Shown in pieces: positions 9,523 through 21,974 of a DNA stretch of 64,000 nt. This stretch comes from Diplonema japonicum (Eukaryota; Protista; Euglenozoa: Diplonemea). The stretch is taken from contig OZ025653.1 of NCBI GenBank assembly GCA_964019335.1, positions 806,001-870,000 on the forward strand, read 5' to 3'. Position 1 is the first letter of the stretch; each line of letters begins with the position of its first letter. The notes below the pieces were generated by a model. It had not been told where the DNA came from, ran no database searches, and was given only the letters and a program-made list of their open reading frames with translations. Made by a program: the position numbers and the translations under genes.

Positions 9523-12450
9523 CTATGTGCCTTCACTCTCTTCAGATTCTTTCTCTGGCTTTGCTTCGCTGAAGCCGTCTGTCAGCCGCAACTGCTTCTT
9601 TAGCAGAGGGAGTACCCAGTTCTGCCAGAACCTCTGGACCCTCAGGTGAACAGGAAGGTAAGGGGCAGGGTTCTTGAATGAGGCCACAGCACACACTGCC
9701 TGGACGAATTGGTGATAAAGCATTTCAGGTGACGAGTAGGACGGGTCGTCCTCAGCAACGAACTGCATGAACACTTGCTGCAGCGCGTGATAAGTGCAGA
9801 CCTCGTCCGTCACCTTGCAGTCCAACATGAACTTCATGAACTCCTTCTGCGACAGCGTAGCAGAGTGGTCAGTCATCTCCATCGAGGCATAGTGTTTGAA
9901 CACCTTAACGAAGTCTTGCTGACGCCGCTCCAGCATCTGCCGCACCAGGGGGTCGTCCAACTGCTTCTTGAATACAGCAACGTCACAGTAGTTGGCTTCG
10001 GGGATGACCCACTTCTCCAGAAGGAGTACCAACTGCTCTACCGGCGATTGCACGCGGTGCTTGAACCTGTGGTGGGCTATGTGGATAAGCGCTGCCACAA
10101 ACTCCCGTGGAGAAAGGTTGTTCTTCCCGACAGTTTCGCTGTCACATGCACTGAAAACAAGCTTGAAGTGTGTCCGGTCAAATAAATTCTTAAGGGGCAG
10201 GCCGCAATCCTTCACCAGCTTCCACAGCTCGTTGTACGACACGTTGGCATTCATGGACTTCGTGTCGTTGATACCATAGTACTTGAATATCTTGCGCAGG
10301 TGCTTGTAGTACTTGTGCACGGCGGTCTTCATATCTGGGAAGTCTGTCTCAGGCACTACATCTTTAACCATTTGATGGTCAAGTTCGTACGCAGGCAAGT
10401 CTCGGATCTCGGACTTAGTGAGGGTCATGCACTTCTCGAGGACTCTGTGAGATTCGACGTAACCAGCAATCATATGTGAGGTTGTGATGTAGCTGAATTG
10501 ATGCAAATTGCAGCAGTGCGTGTAGATGTTCTTGAAGTGCTTCGTAAGATCTGCTGGTGTCATCAGGATGTATTCCCGCACAATGTCAGAGGCTTCCGGG
10601 TCGCTGGACTTCTCCCAAGAATGAGGTGTTGCTTCGGGGTTCTCTGGCACTAGGCCCTTGAAGGCGTGTCCTGCGGTCTTGAAGGCGGGTCGCAGAAACC
10701 TGCTGTGCATAACCACTGCCAACATGTTGTGTTTGAAGCTGTTGCTATCGACGATCTCATGCGGTAGGATGACTGTCGGTAGGTCTAGCTTCTGAAGCAT
10801 GTCGCATATAATTTCCCCTTTCTTCGATACAAGCACAGAGTCCAAGACACTTTGCACAGCTTCGGAGGGAACGTCGTGGGGAGACATAGTTCCGCACACG
10901 CATGCCCACACATGCGCTGTGTTGACAGAGCCCTCAAATGCCACCAGTGGGGTAATGGTGTCATTGAAACACTTGTGTTGCGAGGCCATTAGGTTGATCC
11001 AGTTCAGCAGATCCTCTGGATCGCCCGTCGTGTTCACCATTTTGAACGACTTGGTGCCATCCTTGAAAGGTTTGTAAAACTTTTTCCACACTGTCTCGAG
11101 CCTCTTTGTCTCGAACTGTTGCAACTTCAACGCCTCCACGATGTGCACCGACTGCCTTGCCAAGTTGCAGTATTTAGTTTCCAAGTCCTTTTTCTGTTTC
11201 TGTTTTGCTTCTTGCAAGTCCTGTAAAGCAACTTCTAAACCTGTGCACGCGTCCTGAGATTGTTTCAGCTGTTCACAGACTTCTTTATTCTTCTCACGTA
11301 GTGCTCTGATTTGCTGCTCCGCTTGCTTCAAACTTTCTCGCAAGATATGGATCTCTTTGTTTTTTTCTTGCTTCACTTCCTTCACCAGCTCATCAACCCT
11401 CCGCTGACTAATTTCGAGTGCTTTTTTTTGCTGACTTAAATCGCGTATTTGGCTATGCATCTCCTCCGTAGCCACTCGTTCCCTTCTTACATCCTTCCAG
11501 GCATTGAACAGAGACTTTTTGTACAGCGCCTGCCACACAGCTATGATTCTATTGAGCGCCATGCACAGCTTTTCACGTTCCTTAGTTTGTGTTTCGAAGG
11601 TCTTCTGAGCATGGCCCAGCCTTTTCGAAGCATCTCGCAGCGATTGGAAATACGTCTTCCCACTGAATGACATGATGAGCTCCTTGACAACCAAGTTGGA
11701 GTCACCCGTGTGAACAAGGAGAGGTGCAGACAGACCCTCAAACACGTCCCGTAGGAACAGACCCTGGCATACGACACGTAGTGCAGGCATTGCAAGTTTC
11801 CCATAGGAAGGGTAGAGCATGGTGACTAGCAGAGCCACTTGGTACAAAATCGTGCAACCCACCGCAATCATTGGCGTGTTGGGAGTTAGCAGGGCTGCCG
11901 TTTGTTCAAGACCTGTAGTGAACACAGGCAGTAGCCTGTCGCAAAGGGCCTGTGGCTGCTGATCGACGTTGTACCTGTTGACCCACTTGCCGACCCGGAT
12001 TAGCTTCGCATCGAGCGACTCCTCCGTCTGCAGGTTGGCGATGGTCACCTCAAGGGCGTCGGAGAGCTTGTCGAACCCGTTGTTCACTTCCACGTTGTTG
12101 CTAGTGTATGGCGGGACCCTCGCCTCCTCGGGAAGGGTTCCATCAAGGCTCAGGGGGGGTCTTGGCGAGTCCATGCCACTGAGATCCCGAAGCGGTTTCA
12201 ACGGTACGCCACTAACCCTGCGAAGGACGCTCACACCTGCTGTTGCCGGCCGTACCACATGAAGCCCCTGCGACAGCTTGAAGGCCTCATCTGTTTTTGC
12301 AGCGAACCCATAAGTCATGTTGAGTGTCTTCGAGGTTTTCTTCTGCACTTTCTTCAGGGGTTGCTTCACACCCCAAACAGATGCCAGCTTCGACTTCCCA
12401 GCCTCACCATTGCTGCTGCTGGTCAAATTCAGCATGTGTCTAGTTTCCAT
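9523..12450 (-). CDS. Coiled-coil + calponin-homology-like + C-terminal EF-hand-like cytoskeletal/flagellar protein; likely start METRHML at 12450
   Basis: Long ORF; CACACAG acceptor 2 nt before ATG 12450; CH-like EDLLNWIN...ILPHEIV..N; two repeats like VFKHYA....LSQKEFMKFMLDC. Confidence 0.75.
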   Translation of the reverse strand: METRHMLNLTSSSNGEAGKSKLASVWGVKQPLKKVQKKTSKTLNMTYGFAAKTDEAFKLSQGLHVVRPATAGVSVLRRVSGVPLKPLRDLSGMDSPRPPLSLDGTLPEEARVPPYTSNNVEVNNGFDKLSDALEVTIANLQTEESLDAKLIRVGKWVNRYNVDQQPQALCDRLLPVFTTGLEQTAALLTPNTPMIAVGCTILYQVALLVTMLYPSYGKLAMPALRVVCQGLFLRDVFEGLSAPLLVHTGDSNLVVKELIMSFSGKTYFQSLRDASKRLGHAQKTFETQTKEREKLCMALNRIIAVWQALYKKSLFNAWKDVRRERVATEEMHSQIRDLSQQKKALEISQRRVDELVKEVKQEKNKEIHILRESLKQAEQQIRALREKNKEVCEQLKQSQDACTGLEVALQDLQEAKQKQKKDLETKYCNLARQSVHIVEALKLQQFETKRLETVWKKFYKPFKDGTKSFKMVNTTGDPEDLLNWINLMASQHKCFNDTITPLVAFEGSVNTAHVWACVCGTMSPHDVPSEAVQSVLDSVLVSKKGEIICDMLQKLDLPTVILPHEIVDSNSFKHNMLAVVMHSRFLRPAFKTAGHAFKGLVPENPEATPHSWEKSSDPEASDIVREYILMTPADLTKHFKNIYTHCCNLHQFSYITTSHMIAGYVESHRVLEKCMTLTKSEIRDLPAYELDHQMVKDVVPETDFPDMKTAVHKYYKHLRKIFKYYGINDTKSMNANVSYNELWKLVKDCGLPLKNLFDRTHFKLVFSACDSETVGKNNLSPREFVAALIHIAHHRFKHRVQSPVEQLVLLLEKWVIPEANYCDVAVFKKQLDDPLVRQMLERRQQDFVKVFKHYASMEMTDHSATLSQKEFMKFMLDCKVTDEVCTYHALQQVFMQFVAEDDPSYSSPEMLYHQFVQAVCAVASFKNPAPYLPVHLRVQRFWQNWVLPLLKKQLRLTDGFSEAKPEKESEESEGT

Positions 12451-14906
12451 GCCTGTGTGGATAAAAGGAGAAGTTAAAAAAGAGGGAAAATCAATTAAAG
12501 AGAGAACAGTGCAGGTGGAAGTACTTGTGAAGCGACACATGCCAACTTGGTGACTAACGGCAAGGGTGTCCTTCCTACATGTGTGAGGTACTGATGTTTT
12601 TATTTGTTTTGTTTTGTTTTTTTCTTGTTTCTTTTTTTTTCCTTTTTGCTTCTTCCATCAGATTTCATTTCCTAGCCTGCTGTTTGCTGGGGGGGGGGGA
12701 GAAAAAAGATTACTATAAAAATAAAGAAAAGGTCCTTTCGCCCTGCCTCCCCTTTCACGCCGGTGTTGATACAGCTATGTTAAAGGGTGGAGAAAAAAAG
12801 TGTTTTCAGCGTTTCCCTCGACATTAAGAAACGGCAATCTCAAATAACAAACAGTGCCGTACACCGTGTGTTCGAGCCAGCACTTCGTAGCACTTGCTGC
12901 ACAGGACACGAAGCAGCCTCTTCGATCCAAGGCAAAAGGAGACAGGGCGGAAATGTAACAAAAACAGGTATGGGGAGGGCAGGAGCGATATACAGACAAA
13001 AAGTTTTGAGAAGGTTTGAGGTCAATATGGACTGCCCAGTGTTTTTTTTTTCTTTTTTTTTTTGTGTGTGTGTGTGGGTGTGTGTGCGCGCTTAAAGTAT
13101 TAAGTTCTTTTTTCTTGATTTTTCCTTCTTATAGTTTTTCGCACTTTGTTCCCCATTGGCACAGTTGAAGAACGGTAGGAGCCAGCAACACACCCTTTTG
13201 GGCTGAAGAGAGCGTTGGACTCCTCTTTCCTTTATGTACCTGCAGAAACTTTAAAAAAAAAAAAATAAAAAAAGAGAGAAAAACGCCACCCCCCTTGTTC
13301 TTGTTTATGAGGAGAATGGGAGTGGATGTGAAGGCTGCAAAGAGGCGGCTGCACCACAGTGGTGTTCTGCCCCTCTTATGGAAGAACACAAAGCGGCTAC
13401 ATGTCGTCTGCTTCTCGCCTCCACTATCTTACTTTACTTACACTGAAAAGGGTTGTATGCATGCGCCAATCGAGACACCGTGAGGTGGCCTCGTCTGGAC
13501 ACAGATTTGGACACTTCATAGAAAGAAAGGGGCAAAAGATAAAAATAAATAAACAGGAAAAGGGGTGGGGTGGAACAACCAAACCGAAAACCACCTGTCG
13601 AGAACTAACAATACAAGCACGGCAGGTGCGTGCAGTGGGCACTGTACCCGCTGTCCATGCGGGGGAGATAAGGAGGCTGTTGGGCACTGATGGGGCATCT
13701 CTAGGTATCACATTTATTTCTTAGTTCAATTTTTCATGTAAGAAAAAAAGGTCAAAATGTACGGGGGAATGGAAAAAAAATGGGAGAAGGGAAGTACCAT
13801 CTCATTGTTCATCACCACAATAAAGAGCAAGAAAGGACAGAGAAGATGTGAATATGGGGAATGAGGGACAATTGAATTGTTTTTTTTCTTTAAAATAAAG
13901 GGGATTTTTTTTTTTTTTTTTTTTTTTTTCAGAAGGACAAGTGATAGAGGGGCAGGAGACAGGGAAGGAAGACCTTTAAAAAAATGGTGAGTGTGGGTTT
14001 GCAAATTTTATTTTCTTTCTTATTTTTTTTTTCGATTTTCTTTCTTTCTTTCTTTCTTAAAGGATAAGTACTACAAAGTAAAGGTCTCCATTTCCATCTG
14101 CCTCCCCCCTGCCCCCTCCGTATGACTGCCCTTTGTCCTCTCCTCTGTCCGGAGTACGAAGGCAGGTGGCATGTGCCCTGCCTAGCTCTTGTGAGCGAGA
14201 ATTTTCTTTATTGTGATGAGAGATGTTTTGCAATAAGAAGCTAGAGTGGTACAACATCGAAGGCCGATTGGTCTGTGCCTTCAATGATCCCGTCTGTCGG
14301 GCGCCCTGCTGCAGCTTGCAAGGCGCAGCCGGGGGGAGGGAGATCTTTTCAAAGTATCCGTCTGAAGCCTGTCATGGATGGACACTAAAAAAGTAGATCG
14401 AAGGGAAAGGAAAAAAAGGGGGGAATAAAAATAAGTAGAAGTGCATAGTACATTTGCACAAAGCACCCACCCGACAGACGGAACTGGTTCTTGCCGCTGT
14501 TCGCTTGCTGATCGGGAAGTGCTAAGGCTTCCACCCGCTTAATGGGAAACATGTTAAAAGATTGCCCAACAAAACAGAAACTTAACCAACCGAACAAGGC
14601 TGCACCATGCCGTGGAGCAGGGCAACCTTACGGAAGGCTAAAGCTCGGTGACCTTGAGATGACTTACTAGAGATGCCCACAATTGCAGTGCCAGTGCCGG
14701 CATGGCGCCTTTGTTGAAGTAAATACTAATCTAAGACAAAACCTGCCAGCCTTGGCCAGATACCCATTGCTAGTTCACGGTTGTAAAACAGATGAGTTGA
14801 CGTGCACGCATATGTTCACAGGCAACAACAACGAGTGACAAGTAATTTAAGTGGCTTGAAGAATAGGGATGGGAAAGAAGGGAAAGGGAAAACAATAAAA
14901 CTATGT

Positions 14907-17032
14907 TCACCAACGCCTACCACGGCCGCCGCCACCGTAACCACCACCGCCGCCGCCGCCGCCGCCCCTGTTGTAGCCTCCGCCGCCGCCACGGCCACCG
15001 TAGCCACCACCGCCGCCCTGGCGGCCATATCCGTCACGGCCGTACCTGCTCCTGTTGTTGTTGCCACCGCCTGACCTGCCACCGCTGGACTGGGAAGCGA
15101 CCTGACGCAAGAACGGGTCAACAGGCTGGTTGGCCTTCTCGAGAACCTGGGGTCATAAGTTTAACTTACTAAAGCAAGCATACCTCGAGCAAGGGCTTAG
15201 CTAAACCGACGTTGGCCGGAGTGAAGAAGCTGTAAGCATCGCCGATGTCACCAGCACGGCCAGTCCTCCCAATCCTGTGCACGTAGTCCTCCAGCTGTAT
15301 TCGTGTAAAATCAAAGAAAAAGAAAAAGAAAGGAAACAACTACCTGATCAGGGAAGTCGTAGTTGATAACAGCAGGCAAGTCACGAATGTCAAGGCCACG
15401 CTGTGCCACATCTGTCGCGATCAGGATACAGCTCTGAGACTTTCTAAACCAGCCCAAAGCGTGGTCTCGCTGCTGCTGGGTCTTGTCACCGTGGATAGTA
15501 AGAGTCTTGATACCGTTGCCCTGGAGGAAATCAGCTAGATTTTCAACGCCCCTCTTGGTCTGAACAAAGATGAGTACTTTGCTCACGTGGCTGTGGATCT
15601 GACCGAGCAAATCAAGCAGTTCCCTCTTCTTCTCCGACTCTTCAACGAACCAGATGTGCTGGCGCACGTCAGCGTTCGCGGCAAGGTCGCTGTACCCGAC
15701 GTTGATCTGCACCCAGTCGTCGAGGAAGTTCTGAGCGAGCTGACGCACCTCCTTAGGCCACGTGGCAGAGAACATGAGTGTCTGCCTGTCAGGTCTAACC
15801 TGGTTCAAGATCGTGGTAATCTGGGGTTCGAAACCCATGTCAAGCATCCTGTCGGCCTCGTCAAGAACCAGGTAAGTAGCCCTCTTGAGGTTGGTTTGGC
15901 CGCCCTCAAGGAAGTCGATCATCCTGCCTGGAGTGGCGATCACGATCTGGGCACCTCTCAGGTTCTTAATCTGAGGTCCCCTCATTGCCCCTCCGTAAAC
16001 GCAAGCAGTGCGGTAGTTCTGGCGACCTGACACCTTCTGGGTCTCTTCATCGATCTGCACCGCAAGCTCTCTCGTCGGTGCAATGAACAAAGCGATAGGG
16101 CCGTCGCCGTGGTTAAGCGGGGGCTGGGTCCCAATGTGCAGGATCGCAGGAACAGCGAAAGACAGGGTTTTCCCCGAACCTGTTTTAGCAATTCCAACAA
16201 GGTTGTTGCCAGACAATGCAATAGGCCAAGACTGTGCCTGGATGGGGGTGGGTTCAACGAAACCACTCTTGCGGAAAACATCAAGGACGGAGTTCGGGAA
16301 CTTTGCTTCGGCAAACGTAAGAATAGGGTTTGGCACAGCATCACCACCCCTGGCAGGTTCGACCGTGATACCATTCGCTTCCCTCCACTGAGCAACGTCA
16401 GAGGGGCTCCTAGATTCTGTGACGGGACTGGGCTCGTACGAGTTCTTTGACACCTTCGTCAAACTCTCGTTCTGCCAGTTGACTTGACCGAGACCCCTGC
16501 CCAGTCCTGCCATCCTGTCGCCTCCCTTGCCACCACCCTGCCAGGTACCCCAGCCAGAACCGGCCGAGGGCTGGACATAGCTGCTGCCTTGCCATCCACC
16601 GGCAGGAGCGGGAGCCGGAGCAGGAGCAGGAGCACCACCACCGCCCGAGCGCCAGCCACCAGCGGGCTGGGAAAATCCACCAGCACTTCCGCCACCGCCA
16701 CCGCCACCGCCACCGCCTTGCCAGTTGCCACCACTACCGCCACCACTCTGGAAGCTACCAGCACTCGGTGCGCTGAAACCGGGACGTCCACCACCACTGC
16801 TGCCACCACCCTGCCATCCCTGGCTTGAGCCTTGGTTGAAGCCGCCCTGGGCAAAGCCACTGCCACTCTGAGCGAAAGCCTCACCACCGCTGGGTGCTTC
16901 CCATCCCTGAGCACTCGGTCCTGGCATGCCTGCACCACCTTTGACACCAGTGGTAACCGGCGGCATGCCAGTGGCACCACTGGCACCGCCACCACCACTA
17001 CCACCGCCACCTGCTTGGACCCAGCTTGTCAT
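14907..17032 (-). CDS. DBP2: DEAD-box RNA helicase of DBP2/p68 (DDX5) type; 3 exons 17032-15344, 15294-15184, 15146-14907
   Basis: [50 protein letters not shown]; [10 protein letters not shown] restored by splicing GT-AG introns of 49 and 37 nt; RGG-rich C-terminus. Confidence 0.93.
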
Positions 17033-17574
17033 TTTACTACTTAGAATCTGTGTTGTGATATTAATGAAGAAGGTGCAAGGAATACAAATACATTATTTCG
17101 TGTTCAAGGATAACACGACTTTAAGGGCAAGCCAACCAGACGTAAGTCTGATGGTTGTAAACCTTTTCCCTGCTTTCATGGTATCTTCACCTCGTCTTTA
17201 TCACAATCCTTATCATCTGCACCTTTTCTGTTTTACTTCGTTCCGACTTGATAGCCGCTCCCATCAGGAAGTGGTTCAAGATGCTTACCAGTTACATAAA
17301 AAAGAGAACCCTGTTAAACCATTCAAAAAACAAATGAAAATAACCCCCCTCAAATTAAAATACTATGTCAAGCGGTGCTTATATCGGACGATAAGACTAC
17401 TTGATTACAGGGGGTACACCACAGCCGAGTTGTAGCTTCTTCTGCGTTCCGTGTTGTTTCCTTAATCACTGTGGCCAAGCTGTAGCTTCTTCTGCGTTCC
17501 GTGTCGTGTCCTTAATGTGTGGTGTTCAGCTCAACCCCAGCCGGGGCGTCCCGGGTAACCAGATTCTGCTCGTG

Positions 17575-17757
17575 CAGGGGTGGGTCGTTCCGTTCCCTTC
17601 CACCAAACCGAAAAGTCGGAGCTTGGCGGAACGGCGGAACCAGCGGAACCGGAACTTGGCGGAACAGGGAATTCCTTACCTTTTTTTTTTTTTTTTTTTT
17701 TTTTTTCCTCTTTGCATCATCAAGGTTGAAAGTGGTGACTATATCACCACAACACTG
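17575..17757. mobile_element. Chimeric MITE (CAGGGGTGGG left end, CCACAACACTG right end, joined at a T-tract); inverted copy at ~22460-22644
   Basis: CAG...CTG termini, subterminal GGAAC repeats, interrupts the host repeat unit; ends do not match each other and flanks show no TSD. Confidence 0.6.
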
Positions 17758-18430
17758 ACAGCACAATATTCCATGTCGTGTCCTTAATGTGTGCAGTGTG
17801 CAGCTCAACACCAGAGCATCTGCAATACATTCCTCCACTCGGGCGCTACCAGTGATGACCAACATGGAGGTCAACAGCGAACAACACATCTGATGTACTT
17901 CTTATATTTCCATATTTCTGTAATCCCCACCACCAAATAACATGAAAGAGGTAAAGGAGACCAGTGACAGGGGGTGCACCTTGGCCGCTTCTGCGTTCCG
18001 CGTCGTGTCCTTAATGCATGCAGTGTGCAGCTCGACCCCAGCTGGTGCCCTAAGTAGTTTACTCATGCAATTTGTTCTTCCACTCAGGGTGCTACAGGTG
18101 ATGACCGGCCAAGTGGATGGAGGAAAATGCCTATTCGTCGTGTTTGTGGTGCCTGCACAAGAACTGTTAACTTGATACAGGGGGGCACTGCAGCCAAGTT
18201 GTAGCTTCTTCTGTGTTCTGCATTGTGTCCTTAATGTGTGCAGTGCGCAGCTTAACCCCAGCCAGAGCAACACAACCCAGGGTAACCAACATTCTGTGCT
18301 CATGCAGTTTGCTGCCAATTCATCACCCTGAGCATCTGCATTATGTTCTCCCACTTGGGTGCTACTGGTGATGACTGACATGGAGGTCAACAGCGAACAA
18401 CACATCTGATGTACTTCTTATATTTCCATG

Positions 18431-18592
18431 CAGTGTTGGTCCAGACCCTTGAGGGACTCAGGGGACAAAGGGAAAAAAAAAAAAAAAAGTTGCAAAACTA
18501 TCAAAAATAATGACAGTGTTTGGGAGAGTCCCGTGAGTCCCGTCCAGGCCCGTATTCCGTTTTAGGGGACGGGACGGGACTGACCAACACTG
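18431..18592. mobile_element. 162-bp MITE, TIR CAGTGTTGGTC, 7-bp TSD TTCCATG
   Basis: TSD at 18424-18430 and 18593-18599; empty site visible in the paralogous copy at 23261-23280 (tatttccatgttatcccc); GGGAC subterminal repeats. Confidence 0.92.
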
Positions 18593-19069
18593 TTCCATGT
18601 TATCTCCACCACCTGAATGATATATATATGAGTTAAAAGAGGCCGGTGTTGGTGGCGCCCTGCACAAGAACTGTCTACTTGATTACAGGGGGTGCACCAC
18701 AGCCAGGTTGTAGCTTCTTCTGCGTTCTGCATCGTGTCCTTAATCACCACGGCCGAGTTGTAGCTTCTTCTGTGTTCTGTGTCGTGTCCTTAATGTGTGC
18801 GGTGTTCAGCTCACCCTAGCCGGGGTGCCCCAGGTAACCAAGATTCTGCACTCATGTGGTTTGCTTGGTGATGACCGATGAGGAGGTCAACAGTGAACAC
18901 ATCTGATGTTTTTCTTATATTTTCATGTTATCCCACCACCTAAAAAAGAAGATAAAGGTTTTTTTCTTTTTTTTTTTTTTTTTTCTCATTGTTGTTGTTG
19001 TTGTTGTCGTCTCTCAGTACCTGTGTAACATCTTTTCTTGTAGACATCTGTTTATACATTTGAACTCTG

Positions 19070-21509
19070 CAGTGATGGGTGAATCCGGTCCGGTCTGGTG
19101 TACCCATTTTACCGGACTGACCGGACTGACCGGATCGGCCGGACTGACCGGATCGGCCGGACTGACCGGACTGACCAGACTCAAAAATTTTCTGCAATTT
19201 TTGACACACCTGCAAACACTTTTTTTTCAAATATTTTTGGACAATGATTTTTTTTTTTTTTTTTCTTTTTCTTCTTCATACCACAGACATGCACAGCTCC
19301 ATCAAGCCATTTGCACCTATCTACTCCGGTGCACTGCAGCTGCAGGTATGTACAAATGTCCGGAAATGTTGTATTTGGATGTAATACAACCCAGCTGTGG
19401 TGATCAATGTGGAACACAGAAGAAGCTACAACCCGGCCGCGGTGAGAGTTAAAGGACCTGCACAAGACTACTTGATTACAGGGGTACACCACAGCCGAGT
19501 TGTAGCTTCTTCTGTGCTCCGTGTTGTGTCCTTAATGTGTGCTGTGTGCAGCTCAACACCAGCCATGGCCCTGGTAACTAAGATTCTGGGCCTGTGTAGT
19601 TTGCTGCCAATTCATCACCCTGAGCATCTGCATTATGTTCTCCACTTGGACCAACATGGAGGTCAACAGCAAACAACACATCTGATGTACTTCTTATATT
19701 TCCATGTTATCCCCACCACCTGAATGATATATATATGAGTTAAAAGAGGCTGGTGTTGGTGGTGCCCTGCACAAGAACTGTCTGCTTGATTACAGGGGCG
19801 CACCACAACCAAGTTGTAGCTTCTTCTGCATTCCGTGTCATGTCTTTAATGTGGTGTAGTTTGCTGCCTGTTTGTCACCCTAAGCATCTGCATTATGTTC
19901 TTCCACTTGGGAGCTACCGGTGATGACCGATGAGGAGGTCAACAGTGAACAACACATCTGATGTTTTTTCATGCTATCCCCACCACCTTTGGAATAATAT
20001 ACAAGAGTTAAAGGAGGCCGGTGTTGGCAGTGCCCTGCACAAGAACTGTCTACTTGATTACAGGGGGTGCACCACAGCCGGGTTGTAGCTTCTTCTGTGT
20101 TCTGCATTGTGTCCTTAATCACTGCAGCCGAGTTGTAGCTTCTTCTGTGCTCCATGTCCTTAATGTGTGCAGGGTTCAGCTCAACCCTAGCCAGGGCACC
20201 CTGGGTAACCAAGATTCTGCACTCATGCAGTTTGCTGCCAATTCATCACCCTGAGCATCTGCATTATGTTCTTCCACTTGGGTGCTACCGGTGATGACCA
20301 ATGAGGAGGTCAACAGTGAACAACACATCTGATGTTTTTTCATGCTATCCCCACCACCTTTGGAATAATATACAAGAGTTAAAGGAGGCTGGTGTTGGCA
20401 GTGCCCTGCACAAGAACTGTCTACTTGATTACAGGGGGTGCACCGCAGCCAGGTTGTAGCTTCTTCTGCATTCTGCATCGTGTCCTTAATCACTGTGGCC
20501 GAGTTGTAGCTTCTTCTGTGCTCTGTGTTGTGTCCTTAATGTGTGCAGTGTTCAGCTCAACCCTAGCCGGGGTGCCCTGGGTAACCAAGATTCTGCACTC
20601 GTGTGGTTTGCTCAGTGATGACTGATGAGGAGGTCAACAGCAAATAACACATCTGATGTTTTTCTTATATTTTCATAAAAAGAAGATAAAAGTTTTTTTT
20701 TTTTTTTTTTTTTTTACCAACTTGGTTGAGGGTTTTATACCTAAGGTACCAAGGAGGGTGAACAAAGGGCTGAAGGCCACACCACAGCAGAAAGGTTCAA
20801 TCAAGAGATAGATTGAGACTCTTCAGGTGTCCTGCCACATACCACAGGTACCCTTAAATGTCTCTTTTCTTTTTCTTTTTTTTTTATTATTAAGGTGGTG
20901 GGGATAACTTGGAAATATAAGAAGTACATCAGATGTGTTGTTCACTGTTGACCTCCTTGTTGGTCATCACCAGTAGCACCCGAGTGGAAGAATGTAACAC
21001 AGATGCTCAGGGTGATGAACAGGCAGCAAACTGCATGAGTGCAGAATCTTGGTTACCCAGGATGCCCTGGCTAGGGTTGAGCACACCGCACACATTAAGG
21101 ACACGACACGGAACACAGAAGAAGCTACAACTCAGCCGAGGAGCACCCCCTGTAATCAAGTAGGTAGTTCTTACTTCATTGCATGCCACCTAGTGTTGCA
21201 ATCAAAGCCCCATTTTTTTTCTTTGTTTCTCGTTGTTGTCGTCTCTCAGTACCTGTGTAACATCTTTTCTTGTAGACATCTGTTTATATGTTTGAACTCT
21301 GCAGCAAAAAAAGGGGGGGATGTGGTGTTGTGGTTGTATCTTGTACGGTCCAGTTCAGTCCAGTCCAGTCTGGTCCAGTCCGGTCCGGTCCAGTCTGGTC
21401 CAGTCTGGTCAGTCCGGTCAGTCTGGCATAATTGGGTTGAAATTCACACTGGATCCAGTCTGGTCCAGTCCAGTCTGGTCTAGTCCTAATTAGGATTCAC
21501 CCATCACTG
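19070..21509. mobile_element. 2.44-kb non-autonomous TIR element, 17-bp TIR CAGTGATGGGTGAATCC, 7-bp TSD AACTCTG, inserted into a copy of itself
   Basis: Perfect TIRs 19070-19086 / 21493-21509; TSD 19063-19069 / 21510-21516; empty sites at ~21295 and ~23732 (gaactctgcagcaaaaa); subterminal (TCCGG)n arrays. Confidence 0.92.
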
Positions 21510-21974
21510 AACTCTGCAGCAAAAAAAAAAGGGGGGGATGTGGTGTTGTGGTTGTATCTTGTCCAGTCTGGTTCAGTCCAGTCCAGTCAGTCCAGTCAGT
21601 CTGGCATAATTGGGTTGAAATTCATGCTGGATCTGGTCTGGTCTGGTCCAGTCTGGTCTAGTCCTTATTAGGATTCACCCATCACTGCTTGAAGAAAAAA
21701 AAATTCGATTAGGTAACCACAGCTGGGACCTACTTCAAAGGGAATTTTGCTTATCATCACCCAAAATTAGGCTAAAATTCCAAAAATACCATTCTAAAAT
21801 GAAGCTTGATTTTGTGATTTTCAGGTGGCCATTTAGCCTAAGGAAAATTCCTAAAGTGGTTTTTGAAAGATTTTTTTCAGTCCAAGTGGGGTCAAAACTT
21901 TCCATTGGCTGTTCAGAATTCCATTTTCAGGACCAAATTGGGTGTTCAAAAAAAAAAATTATTTTTTGCCCTCC

